DNA of 58,007 nt, filler included, from Stramenopiles sp. TOSAG23-3 (GCA_900128585.1; 6 parts of 6 records of this genome joined end to end with filler, not necessarily neighbours in it), one strand, 5' to 3'; positions 1-10,107 are shown, counted from the whole stretch's first letter. A program made the numbers and translations. Notes: generated from the letters alone by a model not told the origin.

Positions 1-79
<79 letters not shown>

Positions 80-210
80 GAAGAAAGAAAGGAAGGAAGA
101 AAGGAAGAAAGGAAGAAAGGAAGAAAGGAAGAAAGGAAGAAAGGAAGAAAGGAAGGAAGAAAGAAAGAAAGAGAAGAAAAAAAAAGAAAGAAGGAAGGAA
201 GGAAGGAGGA
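1..210. repeat. Purine microsatellite (GAAA)n/(GGAAGAAA)n at contig edge
   Basis: Tandem GAAA, GGAA and GGAAGAAA units read directly. Confidence 0.95.
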
Positions 211-940
211 TTCAAAATTGGATCCATCCGTCCCATCCCATCCGTCCGTCAGAATAATTAATAATATAGCATAGCTACAGCAGGAATTAAAAAAATAGTA
301 TTAAATTAGCAAGAAACAAACAGGACGACTACGAGGAGCATCTTTAAAACATTTGTTAAATACAATATAAAGTATACAAAGTACTAGATGGAATACAATA
401 CTATTAATATGTATACTTTTGTAGAATATCGATCTTGAATTGTCTGTTTGTTGTTATTTAAATTACTTCTCAGCTCATTCGCTTCGTTTCTTCTATTCTT
501 TCTACATTCTGCCTCTAATAATAAGGAACTAAAATAAGCAGATAAAATAATACTGAAATCTCATTTCTTCATTTTTTTTCTCCAACCAAAAAATAATCGA
601 AAAAAATCATTCATTTTAACCCTATTTTGAACTCTATCCGTTAAAAATAATTGAAAAATTATTATTGTTGTTGAAAAAAAAAGAAGAAGATGCCGAGGAG
701 GAGGAGCCGCCGGGTGGGTAGAGAAAGGTTTGTTATCACTGTGTGTGGTGTGGTGTTTTCATTTTAAATTTTTTATCAAAGAAATAGAAAGGGAGAGTCG
801 TTCCTTGTATACTTCCTTGAAACATTTTTTTTACATCGTCTTTCTTGAACTTCGTTACGTTACTCTTTTTGTTCTGTGGGGTGTAGCTTGTTAGTGTACG
901 TAGTAGTAAGGGTAAAGAGTAGCGCATACTTCGTAGTACG

Positions 941-2866
941 ATGGAACGGCCAGAAGGTTTGAACGAGAGAATGAGGCAGCGGCAGGACCGTCGGGCACGG
1001 CGCCTTCGGCAGCGGAAGGGGAAGGAAAAAACGGAGGCTGCAAAGCGGTTCGAGGAGGCCCGCAGGGCGCAGCGGAAGCAACTGATCCACGACGCGTACA
1101 CCCCAAAGGTCGTCGAGCAGACGGACCAGGCGCTCCAGCGCTTGGTCCAGGGCAGCGAGAAGGACATTATGGACATGGTCGTGAGCCCCCCGCAACAGCA
1201 CAGACGGCGAAGCCCGCCGAAAGCGAAGAAACACGTCGAACCCAATGTTCACAAGCACGTGCATGATGCACCCCAAGCCTCGTCCGTCCTGCCGACGAAA
1301 GAGCAGCTGTACAGATCCATCGAGGCGGGGGCCGCAAAGGCGAGGCCGTACCAGGTCGCGACCAACCGGCAGTCGAAGCCGCCGCCCGTGGACTCCCCCC
1401 CGGCGCCCAGGGCGGTCGCGCGGCCGAAAGGGGCCAAGCCGAAGCGCCCGGTACCCGAAGGGGCCAGTGCCGACATGCTGAAGCTTCTGGAGCAGGCCAA
1501 CAGGCTGACGCAGGACAGCAGCAAGTTTCTGACCAAAATCGCCCCGAAGACCCCGCGGTCCCAGCAAAAGGCCGAGTACGAGCGGGCCCTGGAAAAGCAC
1601 AGGGAGGACGCCCTGCAGGAGTCGAAGACGGGCGGCGGGTCCCCCTCTCCGGAGGGGAAGGCGGCCTCTCCCAACCTTCCCCCTTCGGGCAGAAAGCAGC
1701 CCGTGCCGGGAAAGCTGACGGGTGAGAGGCTTGTGTTCAACGTGAAGAGCGCGGCCCTCAAGGGGAACGCGAACGCGCAGTACAGGATGGCGATCATGTT
1801 TCACCACGGGAAGAATGGGGTGAAGACGGACCTCTCCGAGGCCGTCCGCTTTTACATGCTGGCCGCGGGCAGCGGCCATGTGAAGGCCCAAGTGAACGTT
1901 GGACTGCTGTACGAAAGGGGCGAGGGGGTGGACCAGAGCGACGCCATTGCCGTGCGGTACTTCACCCGCGCGAGCGAGGGGGGGGACGCCAAGGCGATGT
2001 ACAACTTGGGAATGTGCTACAAGAACGGCCGGGGGGTGGCCCAGGACAACGAGGAGGCCGTCCGATGGTTCACCGAGTCCGCGGAAAAGGGCAACACGAA
2101 CGCCAAGTTCGTGCTCGGGGTCCTCTACCAGGCAGGGACCAGGGTCGAGAAGAACCCGAACCAGGCCGTTTCTTACTACACCGCCGCCGCCGAGGCTGGG
2201 GACCCAAAGTCCATGTGCAACCTTGGCGTCATGTACGAGGGCGGCGACGGGGTGCCGCGGAACGACGTCCTCGCGATCAAGTACTTCGAGCGGGCGGCAG
2301 AGAACGGCGACCCGAACGCCCTGGGCACCATGAACATCGGGAAAATGTGCCTGTACGGCCGGGGGGGGCCGAAGGGGAAGGGCCCGGAGAGCGCCAGCCA
2401 GTTCCTGCTCAAAGCGGCAGAGAGCGGGAACGCGACGGCGCAGTACGAAGTGGGCCGAATGTACGAGAGCGGGACCACCGCGGGGATCGCCCAGGACGTC
2501 AAAGAGGCGAGGAAATTTTATAGACTGGCATCGCGGCAAGGGAACGCCCTGGCCCACCGGGCCTTGGGGACGATGTACTTCGAAGGGATCCACGGCGTGT
2601 CCAGGAACTACAAAGTGGCCGCGAAGCACTTCAAGCAAGGGGTGGACATGGGAGACCTCGAATGTACATATCACCTCGGTATAATTTATCGGGACGGGAG
2701 CGACACGAAGCCCATGTTTGCGGCAGACCCCAAGCGGGGGGTGGCCCTGCTGCGCGCCGCGGCCGCGAAGGGGCACACAGAGGCGACGAACGTGCTGAAA
2801 AACATGCAAGTCTTGCCGTTGAACAAGGCCTCGAACATTTCCACCACCCCAAAGAAGAAGAAGTAA
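941..2866 (+). CDS. Sel1-like repeat (SLR) protein with low-complexity N-terminal half
   Basis: 641-aa ORF with ~9-10 repeats of the pattern A-x3-LG-x2-Y-x2-G-x-GV-x2-D/N-x3-A-x2-Y/F-x2-AA-x2-G (e.g. AMYNLGMCYKNGRGVAQDNEEAVRWFTESAEKG); basic C-terminus PKKKK. Confidence 0.93.
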   Translation: MERPEGLNERMRQRQDRRARRLRQRKGKEKTEAAKRFEEARRAQRKQLIHDAYTPKVVEQTDQALQRLVQGSEKDIMDMVVSPPQQHRRRSPPKAKKHVEPNVHKHVHDAPQASSVLPTKEQLYRSIEAGAAKARPYQVATNRQSKPPPVDSPPAPRAVARPKGAKPKRPVPEGASADMLKLLEQANRLTQDSSKFLTKIAPKTPRSQQKAEYERALEKHREDALQESKTGGGSPSPEGKAASPNLPPSGRKQPVPGKLTGERLVFNVKSAALKGNANAQYRMAIMFHHGKNGVKTDLSEAVRFYMLAAGSGHVKAQVNVGLLYERGEGVDQSDAIAVRYFTRASEGGDAKAMYNLGMCYKNGRGVAQDNEEAVRWFTESAEKGNTNAKFVLGVLYQAGTRVEKNPNQAVSYYTAAAEAGDPKSMCNLGVMYEGGDGVPRNDVLAIKYFERAAENGDPNALGTMNIGKMCLYGRGGPKGKGPESASQFLLKAAESGNATAQYEVGRMYESGTTAGIAQDVKEARKFYRLASRQGNALAHRALGTMYFEGIHGVSRNYKVAAKHFKQGVDMGDLECTYHLGIIYRDGSDTKPMFAADPKRGVALLRAAAAKGHTEATNVLKNMQVLPLNKASNISTTPKKKK

Positions 2867-2898
2867 GAATCGGTTCTAAAGTTTACAATATGTACTAA

Positions 2899-2988
2899 TT
2901 CGCGGTATATGAGAAAACTAAATTTTCTTAAATAACAGCCAATTTTCTTGCTTTTAATTACTTTAAAAAATAGCCAATTTTCTTGTTT
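2899..2988 (+). mobile_element. Interspersed element (subfamily C) 3' fragment with duplicated terminus
   Basis: TTCGCGGTATATGA...AATAACAGCCAATTTTCTTG, then a second AATAGCCAATTTTCTTGTTT; matches the reverse complement of 29765-29824. Confidence 0.75.
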
Positions 2989-3018
2989 ATAATATAAGAT
3001 ACTAATTTTTTTTAAAAA

Positions 3019-3210
3019 CAACAAGAAAATTGGCTGTTATATTTATAAATAAGTAATTAAATTTAGCGTCCTCATACCCTAATCCTAACTTGGTTCTGTA
3101 GTTTTGTTTCATTATTGGTTGTCAATCANNNCCGATATCTCACTCAGAGATAAATCAATCCTTGTACGATCTTCCAAGCAGCGGCTTAATTGTTTTTGAG
3201 GTGCTCGTTG
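3019..3210 (-). mobile_element. Interspersed element (subfamily A)
   Basis: ACAAGAAAATTGGCTGTTAT...CCCTAATCCTAACTTGGTTCTGTA also occurs at 20162, 34795 (rc) and 42894; 3153-3210 is the reverse complement of 57950-58007. Confidence 0.8.
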
Positions 3211-3340
3211 GATACTAATTTACTCTCGTATTTTTTTTTAAATACGAAGTATATATTTATGGCTAATTTGTTTTTTTTTTTATATTTATGGCTAGACACG
3301 AAGTGACTTTCTTTCGGAAAATTTTGCGTTCTCTCTCTCT

Positions 3341-4576
3341 CTACGTGCTGGCTTCGCCTCCCCCCGCAGAATCGTCCTCCTCGTCCCCGCCTTCCTGGTT
3401 GACCACATTCGCCCTTTGCGCAAGGACGTATTGAAGGAACCTGTTCACCTGCTCTGCCGAGAGAACGACTTGGCCACCCCCGTCCGACTCGTCCTCTTCC
3501 TCGTAGTCCGAATCGTCCTCGTCCTCGTCTTCCTCGTCGTCGTCGTCGTCGTTTCCCCCGTACTGGTACTGTTCCATCAAGAACCGTCTCCCGCCTTCCG
3601 AGGACCGCATGTGCTCGTGGATAAGGGCGCGGTAATTCCCCGTCCTCCAGCCGATTCCCCTCCCCCCCAAATCGCTGTTGGCATACTGGTCTTCGCTGTT
3701 GCTTCCGTAGCCTAGATTGCCCACCTCATCTTCCCCGCCAAACCAGTTCCAGCCGCACATGTTTATTACAAAGAACACAACTTCCTTCGGGAGCGCCGAC
3801 AAGGGGGACTCCCTCCGCCGGCTGCAGCACAGAATCGTGGTGGTCGCCCGTTCAAAGGCGGGGGGGAACTTCGAGTGAACCTTGATGGCTGGCTTCCAAA
3901 GCAAATACTTTACGCCGTACGACAGTCGTCCAACAAACTCGCGCTTCGGCCGCCACCCCCAGCCCCAGTTCCCCCTGCTGTCAAAGGGGCGGCTTACTAA
4001 GTGCGCGCACCCAGAGGTTACTTTGATAAAGTTGTCCTCGTGGCTGATGGAGTTTCGTTGGTTGTCGTACACGATGCCCCGATCGTCTGGTCGTGACGTA
4101 TGTACATACAGCCCGATGACGGTCCCGGCGGGAAGGCTCAGGGGGGGGGTTATATCGATCGGCGCCAACTCCGCGCTGGGCTCCTTGACTCCGTCGAACA
4201 CCTTTGTCCAGCGATCCTCTTTGTCGAATATCTTTGCATGGGACCCCTCGCACATCCAGACAGTGACGGGGCCCAAGTACCCCCTGACCCAAATTTGGGT
4301 CACTTCCAAGTACTGGACTGGAAGGAGCTCTTTCACAACCAAGTCAAACATAATCCCGTTGAAGGTGTGGTCTTCATGATCCCTTGTATCGACCGTGTAC
4401 GACTCGTCCACCGTGTAATCCGCAGAGGACTGAAGGCGCAAAAGTTTCGGCAGCCCAGCGGTATCGGGCGCACTTGAGGAAGGGCCGCCGCCGCCACCAC
4501 CCCCGCTACCATCAAACGAAGAAGAAGAAGACGTGCGATTTCCATGGCAGGCCTCGTCGGCAGCTAACGTGGCCAT
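3341..4576 (-). CDS. Hypothetical protein: globular beta-rich core, helical tail (SALPKEVVFFVINMC) and acidic C-terminus
   Basis: 411-aa ATG ORF, GC-rich coding composition bounded by AT-rich flanks; no family recognised with confidence. Confidence 0.75.
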   Translation of the reverse strand: MATLAADEACHGNRTSSSSSFDGSGGGGGGGPSSSAPDTAGLPKLLRLQSSADYTVDESYTVDTRDHEDHTFNGIMFDLVVKELLPVQYLEVTQIWVRGYLGPVTVWMCEGSHAKIFDKEDRWTKVFDGVKEPSAELAPIDITPPLSLPAGTVIGLYVHTSRPDDRGIVYDNQRNSISHEDNFIKVTSGCAHLVSRPFDSRGNWGWGWRPKREFVGRLSYGVKYLLWKPAIKVHSKFPPAFERATTTILCCSRRRESPLSALPKEVVFFVINMCGWNWFGGEDEVGNLGYGSNSEDQYANSDLGGRGIGWRTGNYRALIHEHMRSSEGGRRFLMEQYQYGGNDDDDDEEDEDEDDSDYEEEDESDGGGQVVLSAEQVNRFLQYVLAQRANVVNQEGGDEEDDSAGGGEAST

Positions 4577-5066
4577 CGGTACGTGAGAACGGTGGTGTAT
4601 ATAGAATGGAATGGAAAGGAAAGGAGAAAGATTTCAACGTTCACACCAGGTAGAAATATCTAGAGTAACAATGCTTCGAAACGTACATATATTATCTGGT
4701 AGAATAAAAAGGTTATGATTTCCAACAATTTGTTTAAGTGTTAGTTCTTTTCTTTCTTTTTTTCTATTTTTGTTGAACTTCGATCTTTCTCTTATTATTA
4801 TTTAATAGGTCTCTCTCTATAATAAAATAATAATTAAATATACGCGTAGACGACTAGACGACTAGACGACAAAACTCTTTTTTTATTTTAATTATTATTT
4901 TATTATTGTTGAACTGAAATACTGAAATCTACTAAACAATACTCTAGAAAACTACTTTTTCAACTACAGAAGCACAGTACCGTACGGTATTAATAATAGA
5001 ACTCAGAAAATCATTTTAGTGTTGTCCAACAATAAAAGAGAGGAGCCTCCTCCTCCCTCTCGTTAA

Positions 5067-5136
5067 NNNNNNNNNNNNNNNNNNNNNNNNNNNNNNNNNN
5101 NNNNNNNNNNNNNNNNNNNNNNNNNNNNNNNNNNNN
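5067..5136. other. Scaffold gap (70 N, no linker)
   Basis: N run. Confidence 0.97.
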
Positions 5137-5169
5137 TATGATATTGTAAACAACAAATGCAGAAAAAGA

Positions 5170-5330
5170 AACAGCTGGACCCGACACGATCTTATGATAG
5201 TTTGACATATCAGAAAACATTTTTTCGTATTCTGGAACGAGGAGGAGTTTAGGTTCTTGAACGGTTTGGTTTTACCTTCTTTTTTTTTTTTGAGCGTCTT
5301 AAAATATACTATAATATAATTTGTTTTTTT
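5170..5330 (+). mobile_element. Interspersed element family D fragment
   Basis: TTATGATAGTTTGA...TATTCTGGAACGAGGAGGAGTTTAGGTTCTTGAA...GTCTTAAAATATACTATAATATAATTTGTTTTTT matches the reverse complement of 20349-20510. Confidence 0.75.
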
Positions 5331-5392
5331 GTACATTACGAATATTTTACTATGATATCTAGATTCACACTTACTTCGTACACTATTTTTTA

Positions 5393-7892
5393 TTACCGAC
5401 GCCGAGTGGTTTGCAACCGTTTCCTGGTCTTTTTTTTTATTCCATGAAGTTTGTTCCTTCGAAGGATTTTCTTCTGTTCTTCTTCTAATTCCAACGGTCG
5501 AGAACTTGGCAAATTCTTGAGAATTTCTTGCTTCATGAGCTTCCCCACTGGTTTTCCAGACTTGTACGCGAGCCGTTTGGTTTTCTGGAGCTTCTTCCGT
5601 GTGGATCTGATCGTGCTGTCTCGCACGGAGATGTTGTCCTTGTTCATCTCCTTCAACATGTTGAGCACGCCGCGAAAGTCGTTGTTGTACAGGCAATTGG
5701 AAAGCATAGAGTTGTTCAGAAGGTGGTTGTCCTTGCGGATGTTTTTGGACCGCTTCGCCTCCTCGAAGACGGCTTCTACGTGCCCGAGCCGCCTTGATTT
5801 CGAGTACATTCGCATCATAATGTCGTACGTCGTGGCGCCCGGCTCCTGCCCGTAGTCGTCGCGGTACGTCTCAAATAACGATTGTGCGCGGTTGAGGCGC
5901 CCCCCGGTGGCGTAAACTGCCAAGAAAGAGTCCAAGTACCCAACCGGGAATGTTCCATTGTGGAACCAATCCCTTCGTTCGATCACACGCCGGTGAACGT
6001 CCTCCGCCGAGCGTATCAAGTCTTCTACATCGTACTGGTCGCTGAGCATCCGAAAGTCGGTTAAGCTCTCCAGGTCCTTCGCCAAGCCAATGTCCTCTGC
6101 GTGCGACACCAGCGCGTTTTGTCCAGCACGCCGCTTCATCTCCTCGTCGCTCATCTCAACGTCTATGCTGTCCCCGTCGTGGTGCAGAAACTGATCCATG
6201 GGGACCACTTCCGCCTCGTCCACGTCCGGGTCGTCCAACTCGTACGTCTCCATCATCATCGCGTCCTGGGCAGACACCAGGCCGCCTTCGCCTTCTTCCA
6301 CCTCCACTTCACCATCGGTGGGGGGGGGGCAGCTCCACGCTCATGTCGATGATTTTCTCTGTCAAAAGGTCGCGGTTCACAAGGGCGGGTTGCTCTTCCT
6401 CCGCCCCGCCCTCCAAGGCCAAGGGTTCGGTGACCACGGCGTCTTCCTCTTCTGAAAAGTCCGTCGCCTCCTCCCCCTCCAGGCCACTGTCCAGGAGCGC
6501 CGGCCCGGCCTCGTCGTGCTCTCCCGCTAGGGTCTCGTGCAGAAGCTCTGCGGGTCCCGAGACGCCCGAGGCCGGGTACATTTCAAGCTGCAGAAACATC
6601 CAGTCCAATCGCGGGGACGCGAGGGACCGATGCCGTAACCTTTCCAGACGAGACCGCTCGGAACGCAGCCGGTCGCGCTCGACCTTGGGCGCGGAGATGG
6701 CCGCCGCGTGCACTTTCATGAGCTGCGTGAATGTTACGTGGTTGGGGGGAATGCCGTGCGTTTCCATCGCGTTCATCAGCTCAAACGCCTTGTGCACGTC
6801 CCCGACCCTGCTGTACGCGTGCATAAGGCTGTTGCATACGTCTGTGTTCGGGTAAAACGAGTCGTCCATGAAGGACTCCAAAAACAGTCGTTCCGTCGTC
6901 TGGACGACCTTCTGGGCGGTCCTCCTGTCCCCGTACGTCGCCGACGTTCTCGTCAGCGGGGCGGACGCGGCAGCGCGAACGAGGACCGCGGCGATTTCCT
7001 GGCTGTCCTTGATCCCTGTAGACTTCATTTCCTCGTGGAGGGACACGCACTTTTCGTATTCCCCGTGCGCGATGGACAGCAGCATGAGCTCTTTGTACAT
7101 GTGTGCATTGGGCAAACAAAAATGCCGAAACATCTGGCGGTACAGGGCTATCGATTTGTCCCGAAACATTTTCTTCGTCCGGGAGTCCCGGACACTTCGC
7201 TTCCCTTCCCGGCGGTAGTACACCATCAGCGTCTGAAACAAAGAGTTGATGTCGTCGTCGGTCAGCCTTTTCCGGTTCTCCCCGACCGTCCGAATCAACT
7301 CTTTCTCCGCCTTTTCCACGCCGTTATCCTTAAGGACCAACTGCCTGAACCTCTCCAATTGCTCTAACCCATATTCACTGTGCTGCCGCCGGGCGGGGCG
7401 GTCTTTCCGCCGCGAAAACAGCTCTACCTCCTCCCACATGTGGGCAAACGCCTCCTCTTGCTCTGCGGTGGGAAACACCGCTTTCGCGTAGATCCCTGCC
7501 TCCGTCTTGCTCAGTCCTACGCGGTCGCTTTTCCGAAACTCTTTGATTTGCCGTTTGTCCCGAGGGCTCGCCACAAAGTCTTGGTGGTATTGTTCGTTCT
7601 TGGAAACGATTTTCAACCGGGTATGCGGCGTGCTATCGCTCGGTGGTGGGTCCTTTGACGTCGTGACGGACGACGGCGGGGTAGTAGCCGTTGAAAACGA
7701 TGTACTACCAGTACCATGGGGAGTGCGCCGTTGCCCCGCAGTGCAGTCTAAATTTCGTCCATTATTACTAACCCCCCAAACCCGGTCAAGGCCTGCCAAC
7801 CAACCACTATGATGCCCACACGTTGTTCCCGTATTACTAGCAAAGAACTTGAACAAACGTCGTGGACGGGGAGTTTTTGAAAAGAACGACAT
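5393..7892 (-). CDS. Pentatricopeptide-repeat (PPR) protein, probably mitochondrial; split into ORFs 6309-7892 and 5393-6307 by a +1 frameshift at the G10 run 6320-6329
   Basis: PPR motifs in both ORFs (PNTDVCNSLMHAYSRVGDVHKAFELMNAMETHGIPPNHVTFTQLM; TTYDIMMRMYSKSRRLGHVEAVFEE). Removing one C reads ELPPP-TDGEVEVEEG, ~832 aa. The N-terminus is R/F/S-rich. Confidence 0.85.
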
Positions 7893-8601
7893 GACAAAGA
7901 AAGAGAGAGAGAGAGAAGAAGAAGAAAAAAGAATATATATAACCCGCCAATAAGAAGAAGGAAACCAATGCAGACAAACGAAATTGCTACATTGTTAAGA
8001 TTGTATTTCATACATTTGTATCTGTGTCCATCTATAATAATTTACTTCGTGCTTTTAAACATAATATGAGAATTAAAAAATTACTACCTTTTTCTTCTTC
8101 TTTCGCACAAAAAACACCACCACCACCACCACCACTCTCCAAATAATAAAATAAGATTTTATTATATAACTATACACCACCAGGTACAGGAACCACAAAA
8201 AAAATCTCACAAATCCTCATTACTATAATTTAACAGGTAAATAACAAAGCGACAAATCAGATTCTTTGAATTGTTCCCGTTTTGTGTCCGGAATCCGGCC
8301 TTTAATTTTTCTTTTCCTTAAAATCCTGTATCAATAGTCTAAGGACTTTTATAATATAAGGTCGATTGATTAGTCTAACTCTTGATAGGTAAAATAAGTA
8401 CTTATATAATTCTAGACTACTAAAAGTACACATTTGTACTTGAGTCTTTGCTCATCCCATCCCATCAAAGTACTTGACACCACACAGCATTGAATGTATG
8501 AAAATGTTGAAGTGCTGGCGTGCGTGCTGGCTTTTTAAGCTAGAATATCTTATATCGATCTGCGACATCAGACCAATCATCTGTACAGTACGTAGTCCGA
8601 C

Positions 8602-8705
8602 ATGTTCATGTTGTATGTTGGCACACGCGCAACGGTTTACGTTCGTCCGAGTGATATGTTCATTTCGTATGGTTGGCACAGGCGCAACGGTTTACGTTCG
8701 TCCGA
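8602..8705. repeat. Two tandem ~50-bp copies upstream of the dioxygenase
   Basis: ATGTTCAT..GTATG(G)TTGGCACA(C/G)GCGCAACGGTTTACGTTCGTCCGA at 8602-8650 and 8656-8705. Confidence 0.9.
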
Positions 8706-8770
8706 TTGATTGGACGTGGTACAGTGCAAGTAACAGCAGGAACAGCAGAAGGTCATCGATCGCCGCCGCC

Positions 8771-9616
8771 ATGGACGACGTCTCCACCACCCCGATGCAC
8801 CCGCGCGCCCCGTCCCTCTACGTTGCGCACGGCCTCCCCTCCTATGCCCTCGATGGATACCCGGTCGCGCACGGCCTTGCCGACGCCAAAACGTATGTCG
8901 ACATGCTCCGGTCGTTGCCCGAAAAATTTGCGCCTCCCAAGGCGATCGTTTGCATGTCTGGCCACTGGGTCACGGACGGCGCCGGCGTGAAGGTCACGTC
9001 CGCGGCGCGCCCCAAAATGATCTACGAGTTCTACGGCTTCCCGAAGGAGCTCTACGATGTACAGTATCCTGCTCCCGGGGACCCGAGCCTAGCGGAAGAC
9101 ATCCGACGCCTCGCGGCGGAGGCCGGCACCGGCCTACATGTGGGCGACGAACCAAACTGGGGGCTCGATCACGGCGCATGGACGCTGCTCGTTCACCTGT
9201 TCCCGAATGCTGACATTCCCGTCCTCGAGCTTAGCGTCGACGGCCACCGGCCGGCCGAGTACTACTTCCGGCTCGGGCGGCAGCTGCGGTCGTTGCGCGA
9301 CCGTGGTGTGATGCTCATGGGCAGTGGATCCATCGTGCACAACCTGCGACGGCTGAACTGGGGCGGTGGTCCGCACCCCTGGGCGAAGGCGTTCAACGAT
9401 TTTGTCGTCCATCACACAATGAAGACGCGGGATGTGGACGCGCTGCTGCGCTACGAAGAGGCGCCCGGGGGGCTCCAGAGTGTGCCCGAGCCGAGCCATT
9501 ACTACCCGTTCATCTTTGCGCTGGGCGCGTCGCACGACGACGAGGAGAGGGTCAAGCTGATCGACTGGATCGACAACGGGTCGAACGGGATGACAAGTTT
9601 TAGTTTTGGCGTGTGA
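8771..9616 (+). CDS. Class III extradiol dioxygenase, LigB/DODA (4,5-DOPA dioxygenase/YgiD-like)
   Basis: Motifs YVAHG, SGHW, YEFYGFPKELYDVQYPAPGDP, GLDHGAW, FPNADIPV, GSGSIVHNL, PEPSHYYP. The ATG at 8771 (GCCGCCATG) is preferred over the TTG at 8474. Confidence 0.92.
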   Translation: MDDVSTTPMHPRAPSLYVAHGLPSYALDGYPVAHGLADAKTYVDMLRSLPEKFAPPKAIVCMSGHWVTDGAGVKVTSAARPKMIYEFYGFPKELYDVQYPAPGDPSLAEDIRRLAAEAGTGLHVGDEPNWGLDHGAWTLLVHLFPNADIPVLELSVDGHRPAEYYFRLGRQLRSLRDRGVMLMGSGSIVHNLRRLNWGGGPHPWAKAFNDFVVHHTMKTRDVDALLRYEEAPGGLQSVPEPSHYYPFIFALGASHDDEERVKLIDWIDNGSNGMTSFSFGV

Positions 9617-10107
9617 CACTGTAAAATATCATGGTAAATTCTAAGCTTTTAAATACCTATTTATATTGAATAGTACCGGTACCGTATTAATATCGTAGCA
9701 GCTACGAAGTCGTCTACGTATCCTCTCTTCTTCTTTCTTCTTCTTTTTCTTCCTGTCGCCTCGTGTCTTCTTCTTCTCTTCTTCTTCTTCTCCTTGTTTT
9801 TTGTATTATTCATAATATTAGTCTATAATAAATAATACCAAGGTATAAGCTTTATTAATAAGAAATAAAGATAATAATTTTAATAATAAATAAATATAAT
9901 AATAATAGACTTAATATTATTATACATTCGACGACTAACAAAAGAAAAAAGAATGAAAAGAAAGGAACGAAAAAGATATTCATTTCATTTTGTCGTAATT
10001 ATGTCTTCTTCCTTTCCCATCTACCTAACTTTCTATCTATCTGTCTCTCTTTCCTTTCTTTTCTTTGTAGGTTTTGTTATATATACTACTACCAACTATA
10101 TCATAAA

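Noticed and set aside
860-2809. 649-aa antisense ORF and similar overlapping ORFs (e.g. 11518-12522, 11465-12385)
   Set aside because: Shadows of GC-rich real genes, with no recognisable motifs.
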